DNA of 63,890 nucleotides, the filler included, from Octopus bimaculoides (Eukaryota), in assembly GCF_001194135.2 (NCBI RefSeq). It is 5 parts of 5 records of this genome, joined end to end, with 100 filler letters (N's around TTAATTAATTAA, not from the genome) between each part and the next. Parts side by side here need not be neighbours in the genome. Positions count along the whole stretch, not along the records: positions 21,749 to 47,427 come from NC_068996.1; positions 47,528 to 60,819 come from NC_068992.1; 3 more parts are not named here. One strand, written 5' to 3'. This document shows, one piece after another, positions 37,357 to 50,707 of the stretch. Below the pieces are notes generated by a model, which was given only the letters and a program-made list of their open reading frames with translations, ran no database searches and was not told the origin of the DNA. The position numbers and the translations under genes are program-made. Position 1 is the stretch's first letter. Every line of letters begins with the position of its first letter.

Positions 37357-38170
37357 GTATGTATGTATGTATGTATGTATGTGTGTGTATCTATGTATGT
37401 ATGTATGAACCTGTATGTATGTATGTATGTATGTATGTATGTATGTATGTATGTATGTATATATGTATGTATGTGTGTACGTACGTATATATGTGTATGT
37501 ATGTGTATGCATGTATATATATGTATGTGTGTATGTGCGTATATATGTACGTATGTGTGTATGTATGCATGTATGTACGTAGGCACGTATGTATNNNNNN
37601 NNNNNNNNNNNNNNNNNNNNNNNNNNNNNNNNNNNNNNNNNNNNNNNNNNNNNNNNNNNNNNNNNNNNNNNNNNNNNNNNNNNNNNNNNNNNNNNNNNNN
37701 NNNNNNNNNNNNNNNNNNNNNNNNNNNNNNNNNNNNNNNNNNNNNNNNNNNNNNNNNNNNNNNNNNNNNNNNNNNNNNNNNNNNNNNNNNNNNNNNNNNN
37801 NNNNNNNNNNNNNNNNNNNNNNNNNNNNNNNNNNNNNNNNNNNNNNNNNNNNNNNNNNACATACATACATACATACATACATACATTCATACGTACGTAC
37901 GTACATACATACATACACACATACATACATACATACATACATACATACATACATACACACACACATACATACATGCATGCATACATACATACATACATAC
38001 GTACGTACATACGTACATACATACATACATACACACATACACAATATACATACATACATACACACATACATAAATACATACATACACACACATACATACA
38101 TGCATGCATACATACATACATACATACATACATACATACATACATACATACATACATACATACATACATA
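37357..38170. repeat. (TATG)n / (CATA)n microsatellite spanning a gap
   Basis: Direct reading; opposite orientation on each side of the gap. Confidence 0.95.
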
Positions 38171-38843
38171 ATATATTGATTATCACATGATTCGCTAATA
38201 ATATTTTGGTTGAAAACTCCGGTAAATTTCTAATTTATCTCTACATAATGAATGAATTTACAATTTAGAACCTAATGTGATAAGTTCACAAAACTTTCGG
38301 TTCTAGAGTTATTTAGTAATTTTACGGTCGAATAAAATTATTTATACTCTTATGTATTGATCCCTGCTTCGTTTGTTTGTTCAATCACATCTGTTTTGCC
38401 TCCTTTGATTGATGAGTTTCGAATGCAAATTTGAATTCTGCAATCTCACACAGAACAGCATCTTCTCCTAAACTCAATGGCCATAGGATAGGATATAGAA
38501 TGTTTATATGAAGTTTGTGGAAAGAATAGAGCATCTTCTTAAACACATGAAGTGCTCCTCCGAAAAAAGGAGGCCTGAATAATTAACTAATACGAAAATC
38601 GCATTGAAGACCAGAAAATGCCTGCCGAAAACTAAAGCAGTTAACGTCTTTGAATTTGAATTCTTGAATATAATAAAGTAATATCCAGAACTTATTCTGA
38701 TACCTTTCAGGATACCTTCGTTAATGATTTGGTGCATTTCAACATCTCATGAAATTTGCACGTTCCATCAGATAAATCAAAAACCTAATGAATTTTAGAA
38801 AGATTTGTATAAACAAATATTTAGTAATATTACGAAAGCTTAA

Positions 38844-39056
38844 GGCGGAGAGCTTGCTGAATCGCTAGCGCGCCGGGTGAAATGCCTAGCGATATTTCGT
38901 GCGTTCTCACATAATGAGTTCAAATTCTACCGAGGTTGACTTTGCCTTTCATCCTTTCGAGTTCGATCAAATAAGTACCATTTGATTACTGAGGTCGATA
39001 TAATCGACTTACCGTTCTCCCGAACTTGCTGGTCTCTTGCCAAAATTTGAAACCAA
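38844..39056 (+). mobile_element. SINE family A
   Basis: GGCGGAGAGCTTGCTGAATCGCTAGC...GAGTTCAAATTC...; flanks AATATTACGAA / AATATGACGAA may be an old target duplication. Confidence 0.8.
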
Positions 39057-39273
39057 TATGACGAAGACTTGTAAGCTAACTAATTCTAACACGACGCAAT
39101 AAACATGGAAGCAAAGCATTTAGTTTAGGTTTTAAAGATAGACAACAATCATTTTTCAATGTCAGTTACTCTGGCTTACACTAAAAGTTCATAAATTTAA
39201 TTTCTGTTTTTTTTTTTACCTTAAATGCGGGCTCAATTATTCTAGCGAATTAGTTAATAAGGTCATCCTGGAA

Positions 39274-39488
39274 GACGTCGAGCTGGCAGGAACGTTAGCA
39301 CGTTGGGCGAAATGCTTAGCGGTATTTCGTCTGCCGTTACGTTCTGAGTTCAAATTCCGCCAAGGTCGATTTTGTCTTTCATCCTTCGGGGTCGATAAAT
39401 TAAGTACCAGTTGCGTACTGGGGTCGGTCTAATCGACTTAATCCCCTCCCAAAAATTTCGGGCCTTGTGCCTAGAGTAGAAAAGAATA
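39274..39488 (+). mobile_element. SINE family A
   Basis: GACGTCGAGCTGGCAGGAACGTTAGC...TTCTGAGTTCAAATTCCGCC; flanks TAAGGTCATCCTGGA / TAAGATCACTCTGGA. Confidence 0.85.
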
Positions 39489-40994
39489 AGATCACTCTGG
39501 ATGCAGTTAACAATAAAGTTATGCTGCCTACCAACCTTCCTTTCTGGAAAAAAACTGTTCTTCAGTAATAGATTGGTTCCACAACTTAAACGACCAGCAT
39601 AACTGTAAATTCAAATAAATTTCATCTGTAAATCACTTCAGCCTGTTTAGTGAAAGCCTTACCGCTCTGTCGAAAATTTACCATCACTGTTTTGAATATA
39701 GACGTAACTAAGCGTGCCAGGAAGTCTCTTCAAGCAATTATTGTTTCTGGGCAAAGTAGATTATCAATGTCCCTATGTCCCTATGTTGTGAATATTAATA
39801 ATCAAGATGTCATTCGTGTGATAAGTAAAATGAATTCTGAGATCCACAAGCTTCTGAAGAGAAATAAAATTGTCATTTTTCTTTCTACCATAAAGTGAAT
39901 ATGTCTAAACTTAAGGAAAATTGGTTCTCATACAAAGAAGAAAAGATCTTTTCCCATTTGGAACTACAACAAATAAAAATAGCAGAAAACTAAAAACCTT
40001 AATTTTTCAGGAAAAACAGCAAAACCTCCCTCAACTAGCAATAATTTGAAACTGTTGAAAAGTGTTAGCTTTTGCTTCCAAAACATGTGCTTGGAAATCT
40101 TCGTAAACTAGATATGAAATTAAGGAACACTTACATACTTTTTCGTCGAGGAGAATAACTGAAATTCAGATCAGTTCCAGAAAGCCTTCCTAATTAATGA
40201 ATCAAAAGTTGTAAATATGTTCCAGAAAAGCTTGTAAAAGATTCCATCCTGAGTGCATTTTAACAACTATGAAGTATAGAGGTGGACGTATGGCATAGAG
40301 TGCTTCTTCATCTAATGATATTCGTGAACCTGTAGGGTGTAAACAAGGAACTACCGTCTTAGAGTGATCTGAACTATTATTGAGAACCTGAATTTTCAGC
40401 TTACAAAATTATTTCATAAAGGAAAACAAAACAACATAATGTTACGTTCCGCTTATATAGCAAAACAACAAAAAGTGGTTAGAGAAAAGCTCAGAGAAAA
40501 TTGAGTTTTGGCATGATGAGAATCTAGATTTGAATCCCACAGAGAATTATTGGACACTTACAAGCCACGAACTTGTAAGAAAACTCTGATCAATTTTGAG
40601 AAATTCTGAAATATATTATTTGGACAATATTGAAAACACTTGTGTTAAAAGACTGAATAATTTCATGGGAATTAATTTGGTCTTCTATACTTTTAATGTT
40701 TCTTTTTATTCTTCCTCTACTAAATATGGTCTTAAAATTTGTCAATTCAAAAAATAGGAAAAGAGTTAAATTATATTTAAAAGAGTCAAATTAAATTGTT
40801 TAAAAAAAGTTCATTTTATTAGTATGAATTTATTGTCGCGTTTCTACATTTTCTTCTGATTTTATGAATTTAGAATGTTTAAGAAATAGTTACGACAAAA
40901 ATAGTTAAATGATTTATCTTGTTAATTCTTCAGGAATGTGTAGGTGTATATGTGTGTGTATATTCGGCTCTATACGTCTTGATAGACGGTATTC

Positions 40995-42950
40995 TTAACC
41001 TTCTCCCTGCAGCCTCTTTCATGGCTGGTTCTTTCTATGTTTGATGAGAAAGTTCTGCTGCAAAATTTGCAAGCAAAAGTGTTTCAGGATGCGGTGAGTT
41101 GTCTTTCTTTGACATTTTTGCTTCGAGGGCTAGGATGTTTTTCTTCCGCAAGCTGTTTGACTCCATTTTTCACTGAGGTTTTCCATGCTACTCTGTCTTT
41201 AACTAACTTTTCTCAAGTCTTTGCATCGATGTGGCACTTGGTCAGGCTGTTTTTATATGTGTCCTTAGATCTCAGCTTTGGTCGTCCTCTGGATCTGCTA
41301 CCTTGAGTCAACTTGCCATATAACGGCGGTTTGGGAATTCTGTTGTCATCCATCATTTACTTCACATGCCCAAGCCATCTTAATCTTCTTTTGCACAGAA
41401 TGGTTGTCATGCTCGGAAGTGTTGCCTGTTTCAAGACTTTTTTATTGGTTAAATTGTTTTGCCAGGTGACGCCAAGGATCTTGTGCAGGCACCTCTGATG
41501 GAAGACATTGATCTTCTTCTCTTGTCCTGTGTATTGAGTCCAGGTCTCTGAATCATAAAGGATGTAGATTGGTAATGCATGCGCGACAAATCCTTGTTTT
41601 TACTGTGAGCATCTTGCTGTTCCATACTCTTTTACTAAGTCTACCAAAGGCTGTAGCAACTTTTTCATCTAGGAAGGTTGTCAAAGTCGCTGAGCATAAC
41701 TTCCATGAAGGTAAATGCAACAGCACAGCAAAAATGCTGAAAAGGGGCGGTGCAAGAGCACAACCCTATTTAACTCCGCTTCTGATCCCAAAGCCGTCTG
41801 GTATGGAACTATTGAACTGTACCGTGGCTTTCATTCCTTCATGGAAGGACATGATAAGTTGGAGGAGAGTTTGTGGACATCCAATCTTGTAAATAACCAT
41901 ATATACAATCCTGATCTACTGGCTGTATCAAATGCCTTAGGTCTACAAATGCCACACGTAAGGGTTGACTTTGTTCGCGACACTTTTCTTGGAGCTATCG
42001 AAGAGAAAATATCATGTCCACTGTTGAGCGTCCAGATCTGAAGCCACACTGACATTCTGGAAAGACTCTCTCAGATAACCTCTGCAGGCGCTTCAACAGC
42101 ATTTGGGCAAAAGCTTTTCTTGTAATACTCATCAATAAAATGCCTCTGTGGTTGATAAAATCTCCCTTGTCTCCCTTGCTCTTATACAGGGTCACTATGT
42201 TGGCATCTTTCATGTCTTGTGAGACTTCTCTATGCGTCCAACAGAGAATCAAAAGCTTGTACATATGAGGGAGGATGGTGTCCTTGTTTTCTTTCAGTGT
42301 TTCTGCTGGTATATTGTCATTGCCGAGAGACTTTCCACTTGCAAGCTCATCAATGGAGACTGGAGAATTACTGTTTGTAGGCTTTCATTCACTGGTCGGG
42401 TTTGTGAGTAGAGGCATGAGTATTGTTCAACTCTCCATTTACTGCTGTTTATCTGTGATCTGCTCCCCTGATAAGGATTTTAGCAGTGTCACTCAGATGA
42501 TCTGTGGTCCAAGAGCAATCGGAGTCTTCTCAAACATCCTTTTTATATCATCAGTGTCAGAATCGTTTTGAATGTCGACACAAAGATTTTCCTAGTAGGT
42601 GTTAGAACATCGTGCTACCCTTTGAGTGTGAATTTCGAAGTGTGCAACTTTTCCAAAGTAGAATCTGATGGAATCTGGTTGTATGCTAGTAAAGCACACC
42701 GTTTTTTTTCTCAGTCTGAGGCAACAGTGTTAATGCGTTGACTTCAGTCCTGTTTGTCTAAGATACCTCGGTTACACCAAACACTTGCAACGCTGAATCA
42801 TAACTGGTTGTTCTAATACAACTCCATATCTTCTCTACGCAAGATTTATCCATTTCCAGGATCTGATGTTCGACATGCATCTGAAAGGCTGCTTTCGGTT
42901 CCTTGTTGCTTAGTTGATTTCACACTGTTTAGATGACTTCTCCTAACGAC
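40995..42950 (-). mobile_element. RTE (BovB-like) LINE remnant with internal deletions
   Basis: DANIVTLYK.KGDK....NHRGI.LMSI..K.FA..LL.RL, PECQCGFRSGRSTVDMIFSLR, VDLT.AFD, GIRSGVK.GCALAP.LF, A.AFGRLSKRVW. Confidence 0.9.
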
Positions 42951-42988
42951 GATGTGTAGATGAATATAAGTATATATATGTGTGGGTA

Positions 42989-43033
<45 letters not shown>

Positions 43034-43037
43034 ATAC

Positions 43038-43070
<33 letters not shown>

Positions 43071-43921
43071 NNNNNNNNNNNNNNNNNNNNNNNNNNNNNN
43101 NNNNNNNNNNNNNNNNNNNNNNNNNNNNNNNNNNNNNNNNNNNNNNNNNNNNNNNNNNNNNNNNNNNNNNNNNNNNNNNNNNNNNNNNNNNNNNNNNNNN
43201 NNNNNNNNNNNNNNNNNNNNNNNNNNNNNNNNNNNNNNNNNNNNNNNNNNNNNNNNNNNNNNNNNNNNNNNNNNNNNNNNNNNNNNNNNNNNNNNNNNNN
43301 NNNNNNNNNNNNNNNNNNNNNNNNNNNNNNNNNNNNNNNNNNNNNNNNNNNNNNNNNNNNNNNNNNNNNNNNNNNNNNNNNNNNNNNNNNNNNNNNNNNN
43401 NNNNNNNNNNNNNNNNNNNNNNNNNNNNNNNNNNNNNNNNNNNNNNNNNNNNNNNNNNNNNNNNNNNNNNNNNNNNNNNNNNNNNNNNNNNNNNNNNNNN
43501 NNNNNNNNNNNNNNNNNNNNNNNNNNNNNNNNNNNNNNNNNNNNNNNNNNNNNNNNNNNNNNNNNNNNNNNNNNNNNNNNNNNNNNNNNNNNNNNNNNNN
43601 NNNNNNNNNNNNNNNNNNNNNNNNNNNNNNNNNNNNNNNNNNNNNNNNNNNNNNNNNNNNNNNNNNNNNNNNNNNNNNNNNNNNNNNNNNNNNNNNNNNN
43701 NNNNNNNNNNNNNNNNNNNNNNNNNNNNNNNNNNNNNNNNNNNNNNNNNNNNNNNNNNNNNNNNNNNNNNNNNNNNNNNNNNNNNNNNNNNNNNNNNNNN
43801 NNNNNNNNNNNNNNNNNNNNNNNNNNNNNNNNNNNNNNNNNNNNNNNNNNNNNNNNNNNNNNNNNNNNNNNNNNNNNNNNNNNNNNNNNNNNACATATAT
43901 ATATATATATGTATGCATGTA

Positions 43922-44510
43922 CTGTGCCTTGCAAAAGTCTACTCCCCCCTCGCCAGATATTATACTGTATTATCAGGTAGTTTGTCATTGATGTATACAA
44001 TCCAAAACAATCAAAAGTGACATGTGCGTTCAACCATAACAAACAAACTTGGCCAGTCTATTATTTTGCTATATAAGGTGATTTAACTGCCTACAAAATC
44101 ATTCACCACATGATTTTTAGGTACGTTGGGCTTTGGACTCTGACTGTAAACACAAGGTGTCCAATTCGAGAAAGAAAATGGATAAGCCTCTGTCTCAGGA
44201 ACTTAAAAACCTTAATATTCAAAAGTACGATGAAAATAATGGCTATAAAATTATTGCAAAATCTTTAGAATTGCCCGGAAGCACTATTAAAACTGTAGTT
44301 AAGAAGTGGTTAGTGCACAAAACCACTGCTACCCGATCAAGATCTGGGAGACCGAGCAAACTTACCAGAAGAGCAAAGTTAAAACTGGTCCGGGAAGTAA
44401 ATTCCAACCCTAGTGCAACACTGGAAGACTTGAAAGCTTCGGTTTCCAGTACTGGGACAGATGTTCATGCATCTACAATTTCCAGAGTATTGCAGCGATC
44501 TTTCGAATAC
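43922..44510 (+). mobile_element. Tc1-like transposon 5' half (left TIR and paired-type HTH)
   Basis: TA-CTGTGCCTTGCAAAAGT terminus; GYKIIAKSL..P.STIKTVVKKW, RSGRPSKL, LVREV..NP..TL.DL. Confidence 0.85.
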
Positions 44511-44605
44511 CAGTATATATATATATATAGGTAAATTGAAAATTAGAGGTAATACTTGACAATTGTAAGCACCTGTGTATTCCAGCTAGTGGTTGCGGTG
44601 AAAGA

Positions 44606-45085
44606 ATAAATTGTAAATCCAAAAGAAAAAAATAACAACAAAACTACAAAGGATTCCGCGGTACACGTGTTTCAAGCTCTACATGTGTATAATATAATAT
44701 AATATAATATAACAAAATATAATATGTGTATAATCTACAATGTAAGGCTATCCTCAGCCGCAAAATTATCTCTCTCCCAGGAAATTATACCACCTCGGCG
44801 TTGAAGTAGGAAGAAAGGTGTGATGTAAGAGGTGAAGATCCTTTCGGTATTCTAGGATCTTCACCTCTTACATCACACATTTCTTCTTACTTCAACGTCG
44901 AGGTGGTATAATTTCCTGGGAGAGAGATAATTTTGCGGCTGAGGATAGCTTTACATTGTAGATTATACACATATTATATTATGTTATATTATATTATATT
45001 ATACACATGTAGAGCTTGAAACACGTGTACCGCGGAATCCTTTGTAGTTTTGTTGTTATTTTTTTCTTTTGGATTTACAATTTAT
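44606..45085. repeat. 480-bp imperfect inverted repeat (237/232-bp arms, 11-nt loop)
   Basis: Arms 44606-44842 and 44854-45085, loop TTCGGTATTCT; about 5 mismatches and a 5-bp length difference in an (ATATA)n tract. Confidence 0.95.
44931..45037 (+). ncRNA. Type I hammerhead ribozyme-like fold (mirror copy on - strand at 44654-44765)
   Basis: Helix I TTTTGCGG/CCGCGGAA; CTGAGGA 44939-44945; helix II AGCTTTACAT/ATGTAGAGCT; GAAA 45018-45021; palindromic ACACGTGT; GUA cleavage triplet. The first helix II pair is U-U, which is non-canonical. Confidence 0.65.
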
Positions 45086-45178
45086 ATATATATATATATA
45101 TATATCTTCACGAGTGTAAATAAATAACTGATAAATGAATAGCTAGATAAATTAAGATATATATATATATATATATAT

Positions 45179-45224
<46 letters not shown>

Positions 45225-46414
45225 GGGTGCAGAAATAATAAAATTGATAGGTGAAGAAAGGGAATTGAACAAGGTTGAACTACACATAAGAAATTAGGAC
45301 ATTGATTGCAAATGTCGTGGTACAAGGCTAGCAACTTCAGAGTGGGAGTACGTCGAATACATCTGTCTCAGAGATCGAGTATTTTGTCAAGTCAAGCCAA
45401 GCCAAGCCGACCTCGGTGGAATTTGATCTCAGAACGTAAAAACAGACGAAACACCGCTAGGAATCTTGCCTGCGTGCTAACAATTCTGCTAGCTCGCTGA
45501 CCCTGGAAATTGATAAATTAATTAAGGTATAATGGTAAAGTATCTCTCTTTGTCAGATGGATTAGTGATTGTTCTCGAGCATAGGTATCTGTATAAATAG
45601 TAATATAAAATCCAGTAGAAAGCAGTGTACGAAACTATAATAAAGGAATTTGGTGTCCGAAACTGTGTTGTATAGACTGTTGTAAAAAAGAGAGTGTGGC
45701 GTTCAAACGGTAAACGTTGTAACGTAAGAAGAATCGTAATGTCTAACAAATGTGTAAAAGTTGGAACCAGTAATGGTGAATATTGATACATATTGTGTGG
45801 GGTGGGTGCAGAGAACAGTTTATTATTTATATTTATTATTTATAACTTTTCATCACCTTTACGTTCCGGTGTTTATCATCATCGAGCAAACCCAGACTGT
45901 ATACTTACTTCCAGTATAAAAAAAAGGCTATACACTTCCGACCAGTATTTCTGGGAAGTCGTTCGTCAGTATTGCCAAGTGCGATAGACGGTGCGAAACC
46001 GTCAATAACATTCTAAACAGTTATTTGGCGTAACCAGGAATGTATTGCTTTACAATATAAAAGAAAACACACTTGCACACACACGTGTATGTGCGCGTGT
46101 GTGTGTGTGTGTGTGTATACCATACACGACACACATGCGTGCACACAAACGCACATATATATACGTGTGTATGTATGCATGTTTCTACGTATGTGAGCGT
46201 GTCTGTGTATGCATGTGCACATCGGTCTGTATGCGTGTGATTACGCGTGCACGTGCGGGAACAATGCAATTAATCTAACGTCAAAACTGATGCTAACGAT
46301 GAATCATTCATTGTAAGCAGAGAAGATTAATACAAGAAAAGCGGATTTAACTGTTAAATCACATTAATCGTAATTCATATTCCTTTCGCTATTGCTGGGA
46401 ACTTTTTTTTCCAG

Positions 46415-46496
<82 letters not shown>

Positions 46497-47100
46497 TTAT
46501 TATTTTATCATTATTTCGCAATCATATATTTCAGTATCAATGATCTTGAACAGAACTAGTCGGGTGGAGAATGATGTTATTTCTATCATTATAGAGCAAC
46601 AACAACAAAACTAGTGAGTGGGACAATTTGCGTCAGTTGCTCTCAACCGATACATTAAATGAAGTAACTAGGTGCGCCGCCAGCAGTGAACTTGGTGCTA
46701 TGTAGATTTATAAAAATATGATTCGCAAGTTTTAGAAAATCTATTCTAACGCTTGAGCGGCTTCAAAAACCCGTTATTCATAATTTTGGAAGTTTACTTG
46801 TATAACGTAGGTACGTAGGCATATATATACATTAATTTACATGTGGAATATGTGGAGAGAAATAAATAATGGAATACAAAGACCCTTGCTTTCTTTCTTT
46901 GTCTCCTTTCACTCTCTTCCCCTTTTCTCTCTCTCTCTCTCCCTCTCGTTCTTTCTTCACACGTAGTAAATTAATGGATTTTATGTCCCCCTTCTTTTAC
47001 GTCTCCCTTATAAATATACCTATATCTCTAGCGTTTTGCTTCACACTCAAAAATCTACTTTTATTCCGCTTGTTACTCATTCTCTCTCTCTTGTTTGTTA

Positions 47101-47135
<35 letters not shown>

Positions 47136-47527
47136 AACACACACACATACACATGCACCCTCTCTTCTCTCACAGCTTTCTGTTAGTTTTATAGCTTCAG
47201 TATCTTATGTATGTTTCTTTCCTAAGTCTAAGGACTTAGAACTTACAGTATGCATTACAAGACTTTATGATACAGTAACAGACACACTTCTTACCATTTC
47301 CCCATTTCCTTCTTGTCCATGTTATATATTCTTTGGAAATTGGAAATTTGGGCGAAAGAGGACTAGTCGATTATATCGACCCCAGTGCGTAACTAGTACT
47401 TATTTCATCGAACCGAAACGATGAAAGNNNNNNNNNNNNNNNNNNNNNNNNNNNNNNNNNNNNNNNNNNNNTTAATTAATTAANNNNNNNNNNNNNNNNN
47501 NNNNNNNNNNNNNNNNNNNNNNNNNNN

Positions 47528-47790
47528 TCCAAGTAGTGATGGTCTACCCTATCGAAAGCTTTTGATTGATCCAAATTGATCAGCGCCCCACCCATGCCAG
47601 GTTCTTTAACTACCCTGTCCATGATGTAGCGGATCAGATGGAGGTTGTCATGGATACTCCTACCCGGCACGGCGCACGTCTGCGCCCTGTCGACTAGTTT
47701 CTCGATGACAAGCACCAACCTCTCGGCTAACACTTTGGCCAAAATTTTCAAATTTGCGTTGAGCAGAGTGATGGGCCGTCAGCCCGATCC
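47528..47790 (-). mobile_element. Tx1/L1-type LINE RT fragment, little decay
   Basis: KILAKVLAERL....EKLV..AQTCAVPGRSIHDNLHLIR....LINLDQSKAFDRVDH.YL. Confidence 0.9.
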
Positions 47791-48320
47791 ACTGACAAGG
47801 TCTTGCCTGGTCCGGCACTATAGCAGAAGACACTTGCCCAATGGCACCACGCATTAGAACTCAACCCGGAACCATGTGGTGCCTGGGGTGGGGGTGGGGG
47901 TCAAAACTCTTACCGTACAAGCCTTGCAAAGCAGAACGGTCATGTTTGGAACGTCTTTGATCATAGACATGCTGTGTTACCACAGACGTAAGGGTTTAAC
48001 AATAACAGCAGCAGCAGCAACCGTACCCTCTTTTCCCATTACAACCACGACGCCACCCTCATCACTAGCACCACCGCCACAAAGAAAAACATTTGGAGGT
48101 GCCTATATTTAGCTAACAGAGTTCCTACTGTAAAATGCAATCGTATGTGTTGACAACAAGAATGACATTTTGGTAATGGCGATATCCTTTGGCATTGGAT
48201 ACCGGCTTCCTTTCTTTTCAGCTTGGTGACTGACTGGCTTTCTTGTGTTCTTGTGTTCAAAATTCATTCTCCCTCTGATCTCTCTCTCGCTTTATCTCTC
48301 TCTCTCTCTCTCTCTCTCGC

Positions 48321-48351
<31 letters not shown>

Positions 48352-49207
48352 GCATATATATATATATANNNNNNNNNNNNNNNNNNNNNNNNNNNNNNNN
48401 NNNNNNNNNNNNNNNNNNNNNNNNNNNNNNNNNNNNNNNNNNNNNNNNNNNNNNNNNNNNNNNNNNNNNNNNNNNNNNNNNNNNNNNNNNNNNNNNNNNN
48501 NNNNNNNNNNNNNNNNNNNNNNNNNNNNNNNNNNNNNNNNNNNNNNNNNNNNNNNNNNNNNNNNNNNNNNNNNNNNNNNNNNNNNNNNNNNNNNNNNNNN
48601 NNNNNNNNNNNNNNNNNNNNNNNNNNNNNNNNNNNNNNNNNNNNNNNNNNNNNNNNNNNNNNNNNNNNNNNNNNNNNNNNNNNNNNNNNNNNNNNNNNNN
48701 NNNNNNNNNNNNNNNNNNNNNNNNNNNNNNNNNNNNNNNNNNNNNNNNNNNNNNNNNNNNNNNNNNNNNNNNNNNNNNNNNNNNNNNNNNNNNNNNNNNN
48801 NNNNNNNNNNNNNNNNNNNNNNNNNNNNNNNNNNNNNNNNNNNNNNNNNNNNNNNNNNNNNNNNNNNNNNNNNNNNNNNNNNNNNNNNNNNNNNNNNNNN
48901 NNNNNNNNNNNNNNNNNNNNNNNNNNNNNNNNNNNNNNNNNNNNNNNNNNNNNNNNNNNNNNNNNNNNNNNNNNNNNNNNNNNNNNNNNNNNNNNNNNNN
49001 NNNNNNNNNNNNNNNNNNNNNNNNNNNNNNNNNNNNNNNNNNNNNNNNNNNNNNNNNNNNNNNNNNNNNNNNNNNNNNNNNNNNNNNNNNNNNNNNNNNN
49101 NNNNNNNNNNNNNNNNNNNNNNNNNNNNNNNNNNNNNNNNNNNNNNNNNNNNNNNNNNNNNNNNNNNNNNNNNNNNNNNNNNNNNNNNNNNNNNNNNNNN
49201 NNNNNNN

Positions 49208-49249
<42 letters not shown>

Positions 49250-49262
49250 GTATGTATGTATG

Positions 49263-49295
<33 letters not shown>

Positions 49296-49778
49296 GTGTG
49301 TGTATGTATACAAGATGTTCCGGCACGCGGGTGTGTTTAATGTCAATTTATCCCACTTTTCACTGCCTCCTCTGCCCCTCACACTACTACCACCGTTTCT
49401 CCTTTTTATCTCCATGTCTCAGTTTTCCTCTCACATTCGCACTTTATCGACCATTTTCTAACTGACTGACAGAGCAATAGAAATCTTAACCAACAGAGTA
49501 AATATTTATTTATTCAAAACCCACGTTCTACTGGAACCCTAGTAATTATTTTCTGCTCAGAAACCTTGTTCCCATTATGTAAATATGTTTATGCATCGTA
49601 CATGTTTATGGCACGTTCTTGTTTACATTCTAATATTTAAGTTCGTGTTAACATGTTCCATATATATTAGTATCAAAAAATTCTAATTAGAAACAATTTA
49701 CATGATGAAGAAAAGATAATAAGAGTTCAAAGATTTTAAGTGCCTTAATCTGTTCGATAAGTAAGCGAAATCACTATG

Positions 49779-49809
49779 AACATGTTTTGGTCTTATTAGA
49801 CCTCCTCAG
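49779..49809 (-). ncRNA. Degenerate hammerhead-like motif
   Basis: Minus strand CTGAGGA-GGTCT-AATA-AGACC-AAAA-CATGTT; perfect helix II, G12A mutation, helix I not in register. Confidence 0.4.
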
Positions 49810-50707
49810 TGAAGTATAACGTTAGTCGTAAATGTTGTAACAGTGATGAGCGAATCACCGAGCAGATCAAAGATTAGAAACTTCCTTTTCGTGATGGCCT
49901 ACTTTTGTTTTACACTTTTATATTTTTATTTATGATTTTTGGTATGCAATTTTTTTTTTATTTGCCCATGAACTATACGTAGATTATATTTTGCTATAGT
50001 TCCGGCTAGACCAAAGCCTTGAGAGTGAATTTGGTAAATGGAAACTGAAAGAAGCTCATGCTATATATATATATAGCAAAAATGATGTATGTTATTTCTA
50101 CTATAACTCTGTAGTGCTGCTGAAGCCGTACCCATGTGGTTGGGAAGCAAACCTCTTACTACATAGTCACGTCTGATCAGATAACAAAAACATTGCATTC
50201 AATATCTTCCAATGAATGAAAAAAACGGGGTGTTTCGAACAAATGACGTCTCTCCTATACAATGACGTAGGAAAAAATATGCTTTTCCCCTCTGAAGAGA
50301 ATGATTTGTGTTAAATAAGATGCGTTGAAAGAATTTAGAAAAAATCTCATAACTGGAATGTGGCAAACCCAAATTCTATTCACTATTTGTCGACATAAAG
50401 CAACAGTAAGGTGACAGAATCGTTACAGCTGTCGGGTAAGAAATTTACTTTGTGGTATTTGTTTTGGCTCCTTATGTTCTGAGTTCGAATTCTGTAAAGG
50501 TCAACTTTGTTTTTCATGTTTTCGAGGCCGATAAAACAAAATCTCAGTCAAGTACTAATGTCGATAATATCGATTAACCCACCACAACTCCCTTTAAAAT
50601 TGCTAGCCTTGTGCCGATATAAGAAACCGTTGTGTGTCGACAAAATAATAGTCATAATGATAGCGAAGGAAAGAAATAAGAGTTCATCCCTTTTCTAAAA
50701 AAAAATA

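Noticed and set aside
40202-40331. Possible minus-strand exon (CCCTACAG acceptor, then SRISLDEEALYAIRPPLYFIVVKMHSGWNLLQAFLEHIYNF*)
   Set aside because: Only 41 codons, no recognised homology, no partner exons, and stops in all frames downstream. A tBLASTx or RNA-seq check of 38400-40330 could revive it.
42846-44042. Long ORFs spanning N-gaps (also 9741-10505, 48223-49465, 53497-54534, 61312-62653)
   Set aside because: Their length comes from X residues; the flanks are microsatellite.
45794-46010. Possible solo LTR (TG...CA ends, AATAAA on the minus strand)
   Set aside because: No matching 4-6 bp target duplication, second LTR, PBS or PPT.
46344-46360. 17-bp palindrome GATTTAAC-T-GTTAAATC amid TAAT motifs, a candidate enhancer
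   Set aside because: Such motifs are expected by chance in AT-rich DNA, and there is no nearby gene or conservation evidence.
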